DNA of 64,000 bases, from assembly GCA_043803405.1 (NCBI GenBank), contig JAZDKB010000036.1, positions 32,001 through 96,000 of the forward strand, in the 5' to 3' direction. Position numbers and translations under genes: made by a program. The notes under the pieces were generated by a model that worked only from the letters and a program-made list of their open reading frames with translations, was not told the DNA's origin and made no database searches. This document shows, in pieces, positions 9,645-19,286 of this stretch. Each line of letters opens with the position of its first letter. The stretch's first letter is position 1. This DNA is from Spirochaetota bacterium. GTDB lineage: Bacteria; Spirochaetota; UBA4802; JAFGDQ01.

Positions 9645-10946
9645 CTAAGGCACAATAAAATCTATTGATACAGGAGGTTTCAATGAATTACCTGATAGGT
9701 CTTGCACATTTGAATTAATAATAAGCCTGTAATTTCCATCAGGCAAATTCGGAGAAAGTTCAATGGTAACTGCGTCCGGAGAGCTGAACCAAATATTAGG
9801 AAAATCTGATATATGATAAGTTTTATCTATGTTTGAAGGTGAAGTAAGTAATAATAATGAATAATTTAAGTAATTATTGGCTCCAAATCCGGCTCCATCA
9901 TTCAACATTGCTTCCGAAAATATTACCCGAATATACTCATGAGGATTAAAAACTACAATGCTTACTACGATCGGGCTCGCATTGCCTGCAAACGTTGCCG
10001 TATCATTATCAGGATCAATCGCATTTCCGGTTATATCGGTAACACCGTTAACTGCAATAGTATATGAAATATCAGCTTGATAATCTGTAGTTAAATGAAC
10101 TATATATGTATATGTAGTGTCTCTTTCCGCATTCGTAACAGCCAAACCGCTGCTAATTGAATAATTAGTTGCAGTTTCGGCAGTAGTTTCGTTAACTGGC
10201 TCCGAAAATTCCAGGTCAACAATTCTGTTCGGTTTCCATGTGGCGCTTACTAATTTAGGATACACTATATATCCAAATGTCCCTGAATTCCGCAGGGGAT
10301 CAATTGTATTGCCGTTAGCATCCAGAACAGAGCTGGTTACAATAATCTTGTACGTAATATCCTCAACCTGCGTGCCTGTTCCGAGTGTAACAGTATTTCC
10401 CGATACGCTTGCGCTTGTCACATTAAGAGAATTATCTATTGTATAATTGGACAGGATTCCGCCGGATACTGCGTCTACGGTTTTAGAAAATTGAATGGTA
10501 ATTGATATGCCGGAATTGCGGGTTACTCCTTCAACGTAAAACTGCCCATCGCCGATAAATTTATCCGGATCATTCGTTGTGTTTATTGTTTTAGCTGTTG
10601 CATTGCCACCGGGTATTGTCTTAACACCGTTAACAACAAGTGTATACTCAACATTTTCCTGTTTCGAAGTTACGAGCCTAACTATTGTATTGTCGCTCGC
10701 ATCTCTTTCCGCGCTGCTGACTGCAAGAATTGTACCGCCGGTTTTAATTGAATAATTAGCTGCTGTTTCAGCACTCGATTCTTCAACGTTTGTACTGAAG
10801 ACAACCTCGACTTGAGTATTATTCACTGCACTGGCAGACGAAACATCCCCGGAGTCATTTTCGTTCTCCCATGGATTTGTCGGATTGCAGTAAATTGATT
10901 GAGCCGAAAAAAACACAAATAGAAGAAACACAAAAAGCTTTTTCAT
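9645..10946 (-). CDS. Ig-like (SbsA/Big_5-type) repeat surface protein, probable lipoprotein; paralog of its neighbour
   Basis: Signal peptide ending QSIYC; four Ig-like repeats (FS..V...SAETA.NYSI). Confidence 0.75.
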   Translation of the reverse strand: MKKLFVFLLFVFFSAQSIYCNPTNPWENENDSGDVSSASAVNNTQVEVVFSTNVEESSAETAANYSIKTGGTILAVSSAERDASDNTIVRLVTSKQENVEYTLVVNGVKTIPGGNATAKTINTTNDPDKFIGDGQFYVEGVTRNSGISITIQFSKTVDAVSGGILSNYTIDNSLNVTSASVSGNTVTLGTGTQVEDITYKIIVTSSVLDANGNTIDPLRNSGTFGYIVYPKLVSATWKPNRIVDLEFSEPVNETTAETATNYSISSGLAVTNAERDTTYTYIVHLTTDYQADISYTIAVNGVTDITGNAIDPDNDTATFAGNASPIVVSIVVFNPHEYIRVIFSEAMLNDGAGFGANNYLNYSLLLLTSPSNIDKTYHISDFPNIWFSSPDAVTIELSPNLPDGNYRLIINSNVQDLSGNSLKPPVSIDFIVP

Positions 10947-11284
10947 AAACTCCCTCCATGGGTTAATGTTTTATTTTGAGAGGAACATCCTTAAAAATGA
11001 GTTATTGTTCCCCTGCGGGTTAATTAAAAATTATAATTATAAAGCCTTTTTTCGGTTCGAGATTTTTCTTAGATAAATCATTAGAACATATAAAAAAAAA
11101 TTGGAATCGTCAAATTTTTTTGAATAAAACCGAGTCTTTTTAATTTTTTTTTCGAAAATATTTTTCAAACATAATGAGGCATAATCAAATAATTGACGGG
11201 ATTTTTAAGCTTAAAATGTAAGTTTATATTGCATTAATGTCTATAACGGGGAACGGAACAAAAGAGATATATGCAGTCTTTTTG

Positions 11285-11656
11285 TTAAAAGAATAATAAA
11301 TGAAAAATTATGCCTGTAAATGACAAAATTCCGAATATAATAAAAGATTTTTTGTATTTATCGGTTTTCCGGTGATGGCGGAATGTATTCAGCACAAAAC
11401 CTGCTATGCTTACTATAAGAATAAGAATAAAAAAATATATCGCATACCCGGTTATAACCTTATCGATGTTTGCAGGCATCTGGAATTGGTAATCCGCAAT
11501 CTTTGCAGCATAAGATATAATAAAAATTGAGCCTAACAGAATCCATAGAAAAATAAGCACCGAAACTATAAATACTTTTGAAAAAATATCAATCGATCCC
11601 ATTAATCTGAGGATATTGTCAGGGCCACTTCTGCGGTTCATTGTTTTTTCTTCCAT
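11285..11656 (-). CDS. Small membrane protein (about 3 TM), unknown function
   Basis: Hydrophobic segments; GAGGG SD before ATG 11656. Confidence 0.55.
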   Translation of the reverse strand: MEEKTMNRRSGPDNILRLMGSIDIFSKVFIVSVLIFLWILLGSIFIISYAAKIADYQFQMPANIDKVITGYAIYFFILILIVSIAGFVLNTFRHHRKTDKYKKSFIIFGILSFTGIIFHLLFF

Positions 11657-11930
11657 GGTTATCCCTCTTAAAAAAATTCTTAAAGGGTACAGAGAAGACA
11701 TAATGCAGAACTGCTTTTATCTTCATTGGAAGATATTAAAATATATTTAAAACGTCAAATAAAAATGCTTAAAAATTTATTGACACTCGTAAAACCGGCT
11801 TCTTAATGACATTGTCATAATTTATTGCCTTAGCAAAAAATGTTCTCTAAGAGCCTGTTCCCATATATCTAAATACTGAAATATCTTTTTTTTTAAGTCT
11901 TTTAACAAATAGTTTTTAAGGAAAAAAATC

Positions 11931-14582
11931 ATGGAATTGCCCTCTTCTTACGAACCCAAGGAAGTTGAAAAAAAGTGGTACTCTATATGGGAAAAAGAAA
12001 ATCTCTTTCATGCTGCTGAAAACGACGGGAAAGAGGCCTATTCCATCGTAATTCCTCCGCCCAATGTTACAGGCATTCTTCATATCGGACATGCGCTGAA
12101 TAATACTTTGCAGGATATTCTTGTAAGATGGCAGAGGATGAACGGCAAGTCCGCGCTATGGATGCCGGGAACGGATCATGCAGGCATTGCCACGCAAAAC
12201 GTAGTTGAAAGACTGCTGGCATCCGAAGGAAAGACTAAACACGATCTGGGACGCGAAGCATTTGTAAAAAGAGTATGGGAATGGAAGGAGCATTCAGGCG
12301 GGCAGATTGTATCCCAGCTGAAACGGCTCGGCGCTTCGTGCGACTGGGAGCGCGAAAGGTTTACGCTTGACGAAGGTCTTTCGAGGGCAGTGAGAAAGGT
12401 TTTTGTGACGCTTTACAGCGAGGGGCTGATTTATCAGGGTGAGCGGATAATAAACTGGTGCCCGCGATGCGAAACTGCGCTGTCGGACATTGAAACGGAA
12501 TACCAGGATCTGAAAGGCCACTTATATTACATTAAGTATCCGGTGGCCGGTTCGGATGAAAGTATAACTGTAGCGACTACCAGGCCTGAGACGATGCTCG
12601 GGGATACGGGCGTTGCCGTGAACCCGGATGACGACAGGTACAGGCATCTTGTGGGCAAAAGCGTTATCCTGCCTTTAATGAACAGAAAGATCCCGGTATT
12701 CGCGGACAATTTTGTCGCAAAGGAATTCGGTACAGGCCTGGTAAAAGTAACGCCGGCGCATGATCCGAATGACTTCGAGATGGGAAAGCGCCACAACCTT
12801 GAGGAGATAAACATACTTGATAAGAACGGCAATATAAACGAAAAGGGCGGCGCATACAAGGGGCTCAACAGATTCGACGCGCGGAAAAAAATACTGGAGG
12901 ACCTAGACAAGCTCGGCTTGCTTGTTAAGATAGAAGATCATGATCACTCGGTCGGACACTGTTATAGATGCAATACCATCATTGAACCGTATCTTTCCAA
13001 ACAATGGTTTGTTAAAATTAAGCCACTCGCTGATGCAGCTATCAAAGCTGTTGAAGAAAAGAGGATCACATTTGTGCCGCAGAACTGGGAGAAGACTTAT
13101 TACGAGTGGATGTACAATATCCGTGACTGGTGCATCTCGCGCCAGCTATGGTGGGGACACAGGATACCGGCGTTCTACTGCAAATCGTGCGGCCACATAA
13201 CAGTTACGATGGAAGATCCAAGCGAATGCGGCAAATGCGGATCGAAAGACATCCGCCAGGACGAGGACGTTCTCGACACATGGTTCTCGTCCGCGCTATG
13301 GCCGTTTTCAACAATGGGATGGCCGGACAGCACAGACGCAGTTAAAAAATATTATCCTACAAATGTTTTAGTTACAAGCTTTGACATTATTTTCTTCTGG
13401 GTAGCCCGCATGATCATGATGGGCCTTAAGTTCATGAAGGATATCCCGTTCAAAGACGTGTACATCCACGCACTTGTGCGCGATGAGCACGGGCAGAAGA
13501 TGAGCAAGTCAAAGGGCAATGTAATTGACCCGATCATCATGATGGATAATTACGGCACTGACGCGTTCAGGTTCACCCTGGCGATCTTTGCCGCGCAGGG
13601 ACGCGATATAATCATGTCCGAAAAACGCATTGAAGGCTACAGGGCTTTCTGCAACAAGATATGGAACGCTACAAGATTTATTCTTATGAACCTGGGTGAA
13701 GACTTCGCGGCACGCGATATTAAGCCGGATGAACTTAACAACTTTGACAAATGGATACTGCACAGGCTGAACAAGGCAACTGCAGGTATAACCAAAGCAC
13801 TTGAGGAATACAAATTTAACGAAGCCGCCCACCAGATATATGAGTTCTGGTGGCACGAGTTCTGCGACTGGTATCTGGAACTTACGAAACCAAGGATTTA
13901 CACAAAGGATGCAGAAACAAAAGATAAAGACTCTGCAGAAACCGCGCGCCAGGTTTTATATCACGTTCTTAAAACCGGCCTCCAGCTTCTGCATCCGTTT
14001 ATGCCGTTTATTACGGAAGAAATATGGAGCAGGATAAATCCCTCAGGTGGCAGAATAATTATCGCGAGGTGGCCCGCAGTAAATAATGATTTTAATTTCC
14101 CGGACGAATCTGAAGACGCGGATATATTTAAGGAAATAGTTTACAGAATAAGAAATATCCGCGCAGAGATGAATATTCCGCCTAGCAAAAACGCGAATGT
14201 TATTTTTAAAACAGCTGATAAGAAAATTATTTCGCTTATTGACAGGGAGCTCATTAATATTAAATCGCTGGCAAAGCTCGACTCCGTAAAGATTGACGGC
14301 AATTACAAGCCGGAAAATACCGACGCGTCCGCAATTCTGAAAGATGCCGAGATATACATGCCGCTTAAGGGGCTTATCGATGTTGAGAAAGAGAGATTAA
14401 GGATACAAAAAGAAATCGATAAAGCAAACCTTGACATTGACAGGGTTGACAGGAAATTAACCAACGAGAACTTCCTGAAAAAAGCCCCGGAAGATATTAT
14501 AGTAAAAGAAAAGAGCAAGCGGGACGAGGCCAAAGAACTACTCAAAAAACTTGAAGAAAGCTTATTAAAATTGGCCGGATAG
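11931..14582 (+). CDS. valS: Valine--tRNA ligase
   Basis: PPPNVTG.LHIGH, WCISRQLWWGH, KMSKS, C-terminal coiled coil. Confidence 0.98.
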   Translation: MELPSSYEPKEVEKKWYSIWEKENLFHAAENDGKEAYSIVIPPPNVTGILHIGHALNNTLQDILVRWQRMNGKSALWMPGTDHAGIATQNVVERLLASEGKTKHDLGREAFVKRVWEWKEHSGGQIVSQLKRLGASCDWERERFTLDEGLSRAVRKVFVTLYSEGLIYQGERIINWCPRCETALSDIETEYQDLKGHLYYIKYPVAGSDESITVATTRPETMLGDTGVAVNPDDDRYRHLVGKSVILPLMNRKIPVFADNFVAKEFGTGLVKVTPAHDPNDFEMGKRHNLEEINILDKNGNINEKGGAYKGLNRFDARKKILEDLDKLGLLVKIEDHDHSVGHCYRCNTIIEPYLSKQWFVKIKPLADAAIKAVEEKRITFVPQNWEKTYYEWMYNIRDWCISRQLWWGHRIPAFYCKSCGHITVTMEDPSECGKCGSKDIRQDEDVLDTWFSSALWPFSTMGWPDSTDAVKKYYPTNVLVTSFDIIFFWVARMIMMGLKFMKDIPFKDVYIHALVRDEHGQKMSKSKGNVIDPIIMMDNYGTDAFRFTLAIFAAQGRDIIMSEKRIEGYRAFCNKIWNATRFILMNLGEDFAARDIKPDELNNFDKWILHRLNKATAGITKALEEYKFNEAAHQIYEFWWHEFCDWYLELTKPRIYTKDAETKDKDSAETARQVLYHVLKTGLQLLHPFMPFITEEIWSRINPSGGRIIIARWPAVNNDFNFPDESEDADIFKEIVYRIRNIRAEMNIPPSKNANVIFKTADKKIISLIDRELINIKSLAKLDSVKIDGNYKPENTDASAILKDAEIYMPLKGLIDVEKERLRIQKEIDKANLDIDRVDRKLTNENFLKKAPEDIIVKEKSKRDEAKELLKKLEESLLKLAG

Positions 14583-14605
14583 ACCGGATAGAGAAGACAA
14601 ACAAG

Positions 14606-15109
14606 ATGATTTCGTTCGATCTGGAATGCGCAAACAAACACCGTTTCGAAGGCAGCTTTAAGGACTACCGGGCTTTCGATGAGCAACTGACAAAAGAAAT
14701 GATCGAGTGCCCTGTATGCGGTGACGTTAAAATCAAACGGCTGTTTACCGGATGCTCGATACAGCCGGGCGGAGCGACCGCGCCCGCGGAGACGCAAGGT
14801 TGTGCGTCTCATGACCAAGTATCCGGCGCTCATTTGTCTTACACTAATAAAGACGCATTGCCATGCGTCTCTACAGCCGATAAAAATATGCCGAAAATGT
14901 CCGAAATGATCCGCATAGTCAGGGATTATGTAATACATAACTTCGAAAACGTAGGAAAAGACTTCGCATATACTGCAAAAGCTATGTATTATGGCGTTGA
15001 AGAAGAAAGAAACATATACGGCGAATCGACACCGCAGGAAATAAAGGAACTCGCAGATGAAGGCATAGACGTGCTGCCGATTCCGTCAATAGAAAAGATA
15101 GAGAATTAA
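14606..15109 (+). CDS. DUF1178 family protein
   Basis: MI.FDL.C...HRFEG.F, CPVCG, ENVG..FA..A..M.YG..E.R.IYGE.T. Confidence 0.85.
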   Translation: MISFDLECANKHRFEGSFKDYRAFDEQLTKEMIECPVCGDVKIKRLFTGCSIQPGGATAPAETQGCASHDQVSGAHLSYTNKDALPCVSTADKNMPKMSEMIRIVRDYVIHNFENVGKDFAYTAKAMYYGVEEERNIYGESTPQEIKELADEGIDVLPIPSIEKIEN

Positions 15110-15112
15110 ACC

Positions 15113-15228
15113 GTAGGGGCGAACCCATGTGTTCGCCCTTTAATCTATATCCCTATGTTCGCCGTTGTACCTTTATGCTCCCCTTGGGGCCATTGCAAAA
15201 AAGGGCAGACACTTGGGTCTGCCCCTAC
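15113..15228. repeat. REPIN-like pair of inverted GTAG-type REP palindromes
   Basis: GTAGGGGCGAACCCATGTGTTCGCCC (15113-15138) and an inverted GTAGGGGCAGACCCAAGTGTCTGCCC (15203-15228). Confidence 0.75.
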
Positions 15229-15268
15229 TTAACAAATATGATTATGTTTTTATTAACTTTATCTTTTA

Positions 15269-15760
15269 TTATTCTTTATATACAAAATAAGCCAATAATG
15301 CCGCGGAAATAAAAATAACCGGCACTGCAATATTCAGATAAAATCCGAAGCTTATTTCATAAGGACGCGCTTTAGTCAGAGTTCCGGTAAAATATATAAA
15401 AAGAACCCAGAATAAATAATAAGCATTCAATAATGATCTTACAAGCAGCCTCTTTAATTCGTGCAAATATGAGCTGGCAAACATTATTATAATAATAACA
15501 ATAAGATGTATGGCCAGAGGATTATTTACTTCGAAATTATTCCCAAAAATATGAAACCTTGCAACCGGCAGGATAATTGCAAAAAAAGCCGGAATGATAT
15601 TCAGATAAATAATTTTTTCAGAAATGCTTGCATCCAGAAATTTTTGCCGGATTTTTTCCGCCAGTGAAGCCAGCATTCTTCCCAGAAAGCGAATGATTTC
15701 GAACGCTAGGTATTTAACTGTTTTCCAAAGATTATAAAAATTATGCATAATGTTTTCCAT
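15269..15760 (-). CDS. Hypothetical membrane protein
   Basis: About 4 TM segments; start moved to ATG 15760 just after the OmpA gene stop. Confidence 0.6.
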   Translation of the reverse strand: MENIMHNFYNLWKTVKYLAFEIIRFLGRMLASLAEKIRQKFLDASISEKIIYLNIIPAFFAIILPVARFHIFGNNFEVNNPLAIHLIVIIIIMFASSYLHELKRLLVRSLLNAYYLFWVLFIYFTGTLTKARPYEISFGFYLNIAVPVIFISAALLAYFVYKE

Positions 15761-15770
15761 AGTAAAATAC

Positions 15771-18425
15771 TTATTTGGCAAAAGGTTCTTTAATAAGCAG
15801 GAACTCGACTCTCCTGTTCCTTCTCCTGTTTTCGCTGTCAGTATTCGGCAGGAATGGCATTGTTTCACCCATGCCTCTAAACATCAACCTTTTTTCATCA
15901 ATTCCTTTCGCAACCAGATAATCCATTACATTCTTTGCCCTTGCTTCCGAGAGCTTTAAGTTATATTCTTCCTCGCCTACATCATCCGTATGTCCTTCAA
16001 TGGATACGTTGTATTTGCCGTATTTATTCAGTATTTCTTTGACCCTGTCAAGTATTGGAAAAGCTTTTCCTGAAAGCACAGCTTTATCAAAAGCAAATTC
16101 GATATTGCTTATCCGTATTTTAAGCCCGCGCTCGGTTACTGTAACAAGAACATCGATCGGGAGCTTTATCCGCTCTGTCCGGGCAGTATTGCCTGCTAAA
16201 TCCTTTGCGCTGAGTACAAAAAAATAATCCGCAGCAGATTCCACAAGATCTTTATCCCTGCCGATGCCGTCCCATTTAATTGTCTCCGGAGCATTGAGTT
16301 TCCCGCTGAACGATTTAAACACTTTTCCCGAAGGAGCAAATATATCAAGAGTCCAGTTATTTATCCCGGTATTATCTTTTGCTTCAGGGTAAATTGTAAG
16401 CATGTCATTTTCGCCGTCATCGTCCGGAGAAAACAAATTCGGAGAATAACTGACCGATACTTTCGGAGGTGTGCTGTCTATAATTATTTCCTTTGCAAAC
16501 GAAGCAGGCGCATTACCGCTGTCAAAGACTGTGCTTAATTTATAATAATACCTGCCGTCGTCCAGTTTTTTATCCTGCAAATCAAGAGCGTTCCAGACTA
16601 TAGATTTCGAAATATCTTTAGCGCCTTTAATTTCCTTAATAATTCGTCTGTCGTCATCTGCCAGGGAAATTGTCCAGCTCTCCAGCCCTTTTGTATCCGA
16701 AACAACGGGGTAAAAAATAATATTATTATTTTCTTTATATGAGTAATAATCACAGGAACAAGTTAAGTCTGTTGATTGATATTTCCTTGTAAGAGTAATC
16801 TGTTTTCTCTCGGCTCTGACACTGTTGCCTGCTTTATCCTGAGATGACACAAAGAAACTGTAAAGCCCCTCGCGAGCATCTATGTTGTTGTCATCTTTTC
16901 CGTCCCAGATCAGCTTTTTTGGTGCCGAGTTGCCGCTCCATGAATAAGACTTTATTACTTTATTTTCGGAATTTACAATGCCTGCTTTCCAGATATCTTC
17001 CCGTGATGTTACCATACTGAGTTTTATTTCAAGGGTATCTTTCTTACCGTCTTTATTAGGTGAAAAAAGGCTTTCTGACTCAACTGCTGCTTCAGGGAAA
17101 GTATTGTCGACAATCACTGTTCCGCTTTTTACGGACGAAATATTATCCCGTTCATCCCATACTGTAAAAGCGTATGTATATTTTCCGTCCGGAACAATTT
17201 TTTTCATATAATCTGTGCCATCCCAGAGAATGCTGTCCGGCACTATCATCGATTCTTTTTTTTGCCAGATTTTCGTAAAAAATCCTTTTAATGAAAGTCC
17301 TTCATCAATATCTCTTTCTGACATCCTGTATTCTTTAACAATGTCATTGCCTGGATTCAATATCTGAAGCTTCCAGCCTTTTATAGTGCTCCTGTCATAA
17401 ACCTCTGTTTTAAAAACAAGAAAATCCTGTTTACCGTCATAATTAGGGGAAATATATTCATCGCTGGAATTAATTTTTGTGTCGGGCGGCTCCCTGTCCA
17501 GTTTGCCGTATCTCATATTGAGACCCGCATAATGCACAAAACTCCATTTACTGTAATGAACAAGAGAATAATTTATATCGCCGTCGAAATCCCGCGTTTT
17601 AAACTGGTACCCGGCGCCTAGTGTGAAGTCGCCATACTCATAAGACTGCGGAGCTGTAAATCCTGCCCTTGCAATATATTTACCTTTTATTAATGATTCG
17701 AAACCTAATTTTGCGGGATAGTCATCGTAGGCATTTATTGCAGAATAATCATTGTAAAATTTTAAGTTAAAGTCGCTGTGTTTATAAAAAATAAAATTAT
17801 ACCCGATTGTAGATTGATTAAAGTTTGCGAATTTTTTATTTTCACCAAATGGCAGCCCCGCATTTATTGAAGCTCCTATTGCAGGTTCAAAAATTCCAAA
17901 CCCGTTTTTTATTTTCGCATTAAAATCAATTTTATATAATGAACCGACTGTAAGCCCGGTATAAGCCAGATTATTTTCCTTATCCGCACCGGTAAACAAA
18001 TTAAATGAAGCACCTATCATAAGCCTTTCGGTAAAATTTTTTGCTCCGCCTAAATTAAAAAGATACCCGGTCTTAATATCGTTTGTATCCGAAGCCGGGA
18101 TGCTTATCATCCTGAATCCGCCGCCCAGCACTCCATACGAAGTAGGCAGCGCAAAAGCAATGTCCGGATTGCTGAAACGAAAGCCGAGTGTCCCGTACTG
18201 AAGCCCGAACTCGAGCCTTTCCGAAGAAGCAATGGAAGCCGGGTTAATGTAGAACAAATCTGCGCCCAATCCGGAAACTCCCGTGCCGCCCCTGCCTAGC
18301 GATGATGCGGAATCGCCGAATAAAATAAGATTTTTTCCGCTGTCGTTCTTTGCGTATAACGCGGATACATCCGAAATAAAAATAACAAGTACAAATAAAT
18401 TAAATACTAATTGTTTTTTAAACAT
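15771..18425 (-). CDS. OmpA-family protein with N-terminal beta-barrel (PorV/FadL-like start) and FlgD-Ig-like repeats
   Basis: SASSLGRGG...FYINPASIA; repeated SPN.DG..D and WDG.D...DG.Y; C-terminal IEGHTD...NLKLSEARA...NRRVE. Confidence 0.85.
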   Translation of the reverse strand: MFKKQLVFNLFVLVIFISDVSALYAKNDSGKNLILFGDSASSLGRGGTGVSGLGADLFYINPASIASSERLEFGLQYGTLGFRFSNPDIAFALPTSYGVLGGGFRMISIPASDTNDIKTGYLFNLGGAKNFTERLMIGASFNLFTGADKENNLAYTGLTVGSLYKIDFNAKIKNGFGIFEPAIGASINAGLPFGENKKFANFNQSTIGYNFIFYKHSDFNLKFYNDYSAINAYDDYPAKLGFESLIKGKYIARAGFTAPQSYEYGDFTLGAGYQFKTRDFDGDINYSLVHYSKWSFVHYAGLNMRYGKLDREPPDTKINSSDEYISPNYDGKQDFLVFKTEVYDRSTIKGWKLQILNPGNDIVKEYRMSERDIDEGLSLKGFFTKIWQKKESMIVPDSILWDGTDYMKKIVPDGKYTYAFTVWDERDNISSVKSGTVIVDNTFPEAAVESESLFSPNKDGKKDTLEIKLSMVTSREDIWKAGIVNSENKVIKSYSWSGNSAPKKLIWDGKDDNNIDAREGLYSFFVSSQDKAGNSVRAERKQITLTRKYQSTDLTCSCDYYSYKENNNIIFYPVVSDTKGLESWTISLADDDRRIIKEIKGAKDISKSIVWNALDLQDKKLDDGRYYYKLSTVFDSGNAPASFAKEIIIDSTPPKVSVSYSPNLFSPDDDGENDMLTIYPEAKDNTGINNWTLDIFAPSGKVFKSFSGKLNAPETIKWDGIGRDKDLVESAADYFFVLSAKDLAGNTARTERIKLPIDVLVTVTERGLKIRISNIEFAFDKAVLSGKAFPILDRVKEILNKYGKYNVSIEGHTDDVGEEEYNLKLSEARAKNVMDYLVAKGIDEKRLMFRGMGETMPFLPNTDSENRRRNRRVEFLLIKEPFAK

Positions 18426-18590
18426 GGATTATCTCCGGAAATTGCAAGGTAAAATGAAATGATATTTTAGGCCGGAACTGCAGGATTAAATATCCGCGTA
18501 ATCTGGTTTAACTTAAAAAAAATGTCAAATAATTTTTATGCTCTCTGTTAAGAGCCTGTCTCGCCAGATAAGGCATGAATCTTTTTTTTC

Positions 18591-18638
18591 TTGACGTGTG
18601 ACATCTCTTGCAATATTATCTAACTAAATAGTTAGTTA
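18591..18638 (+). promoter_or_regulatory. sigma70-like promoter with adjacent TetR-type operator
   Basis: TTGACG-17bp-TATTAT (18591-18619), then dyad TAACTAA-atag-TTAGTTA (18621-18638). Confidence 0.6.
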
Positions 18639-18668
18639 AACAATACAAGACGGGATATTGTAAATTAA

Positions 18669-19286
18669 ATGACGACAGTTGAAGAAAAAATCAAGCAGGC
18701 GGCGATCAAAGAATTTTCCAGATACGGATTCGCTGGAGCCAGGGTTGACAGAATTGCTAAAACTGCGAAGATCAACAAAGCGATGATTTATTATCATTTT
18801 AGAAGTAAAGAAAAATTGTATGAGGACATATTATCGATTTTGGCAGATGGAATAAATAATTCTTTAAAAAACATAATAAGCGACGGGAACCTGGATAAAA
18901 ATAAATTATATTCAATAGTTTCCGTATATATTGACTTTATTTGTACCCTTGATCCTGATTTTGTTAAAGTAATGCTCCGTGAGCTTTCAAGCGGAGGCAA
19001 ATATTTCAGAAAGATTGTATTTATAAAAACATTGCAGCCGCTTTCATTTTTACTGGCTCAGAATATTACAAAAGAAATAAATAATAAGGTCTTCCGGCAA
19101 TTAAATCCATTTTATTTAATAATACAAACCATAGGCAGTATCGTATTTTTCAATATGCTAAAAATAAATCTCCATGGGACTGACCTGTATAATATTATTT
19201 TCAAGGAAAATAATATTGAAGAATTCAAACAAAACCTGCTGGCAGTCATGCAAAACGGTATTGAGTTTAAGGAGGGAACTGAGTGA
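18669..19286 (+). CDS. TetR/AcrR family regulator
   Basis: AA..EFS..GFAGARVDRIA..A.INKAMIYYHF.SKE.LY. Confidence 0.95.
   Translation: MTTVEEKIKQAAIKEFSRYGFAGARVDRIAKTAKINKAMIYYHFRSKEKLYEDILSILADGINNSLKNIISDGNLDKNKLYSIVSVYIDFICTLDPDFVKVMLRELSSGGKYFRKIVFIKTLQPLSFLLAQNITKEINNKVFRQLNPFYLIIQTIGSIVFFNMLKINLHGTDLYNIIFKENNIEEFKQNLLAVMQNGIEFKEGTE

Noticed and set aside
11780..11930. T-box leader for valS; dyad ATGACA-T-TGTCAT at 11806-11818
   Set aside because: No T-box UGGNACC or terminator; the dyad is short and unassignable.
11848..18559. TAAGAGCCTGT at 11848 and 18549 as element ends
   Set aside because: Same orientation, only 11 bp, no partner inverted ends; at most MITE remnants.
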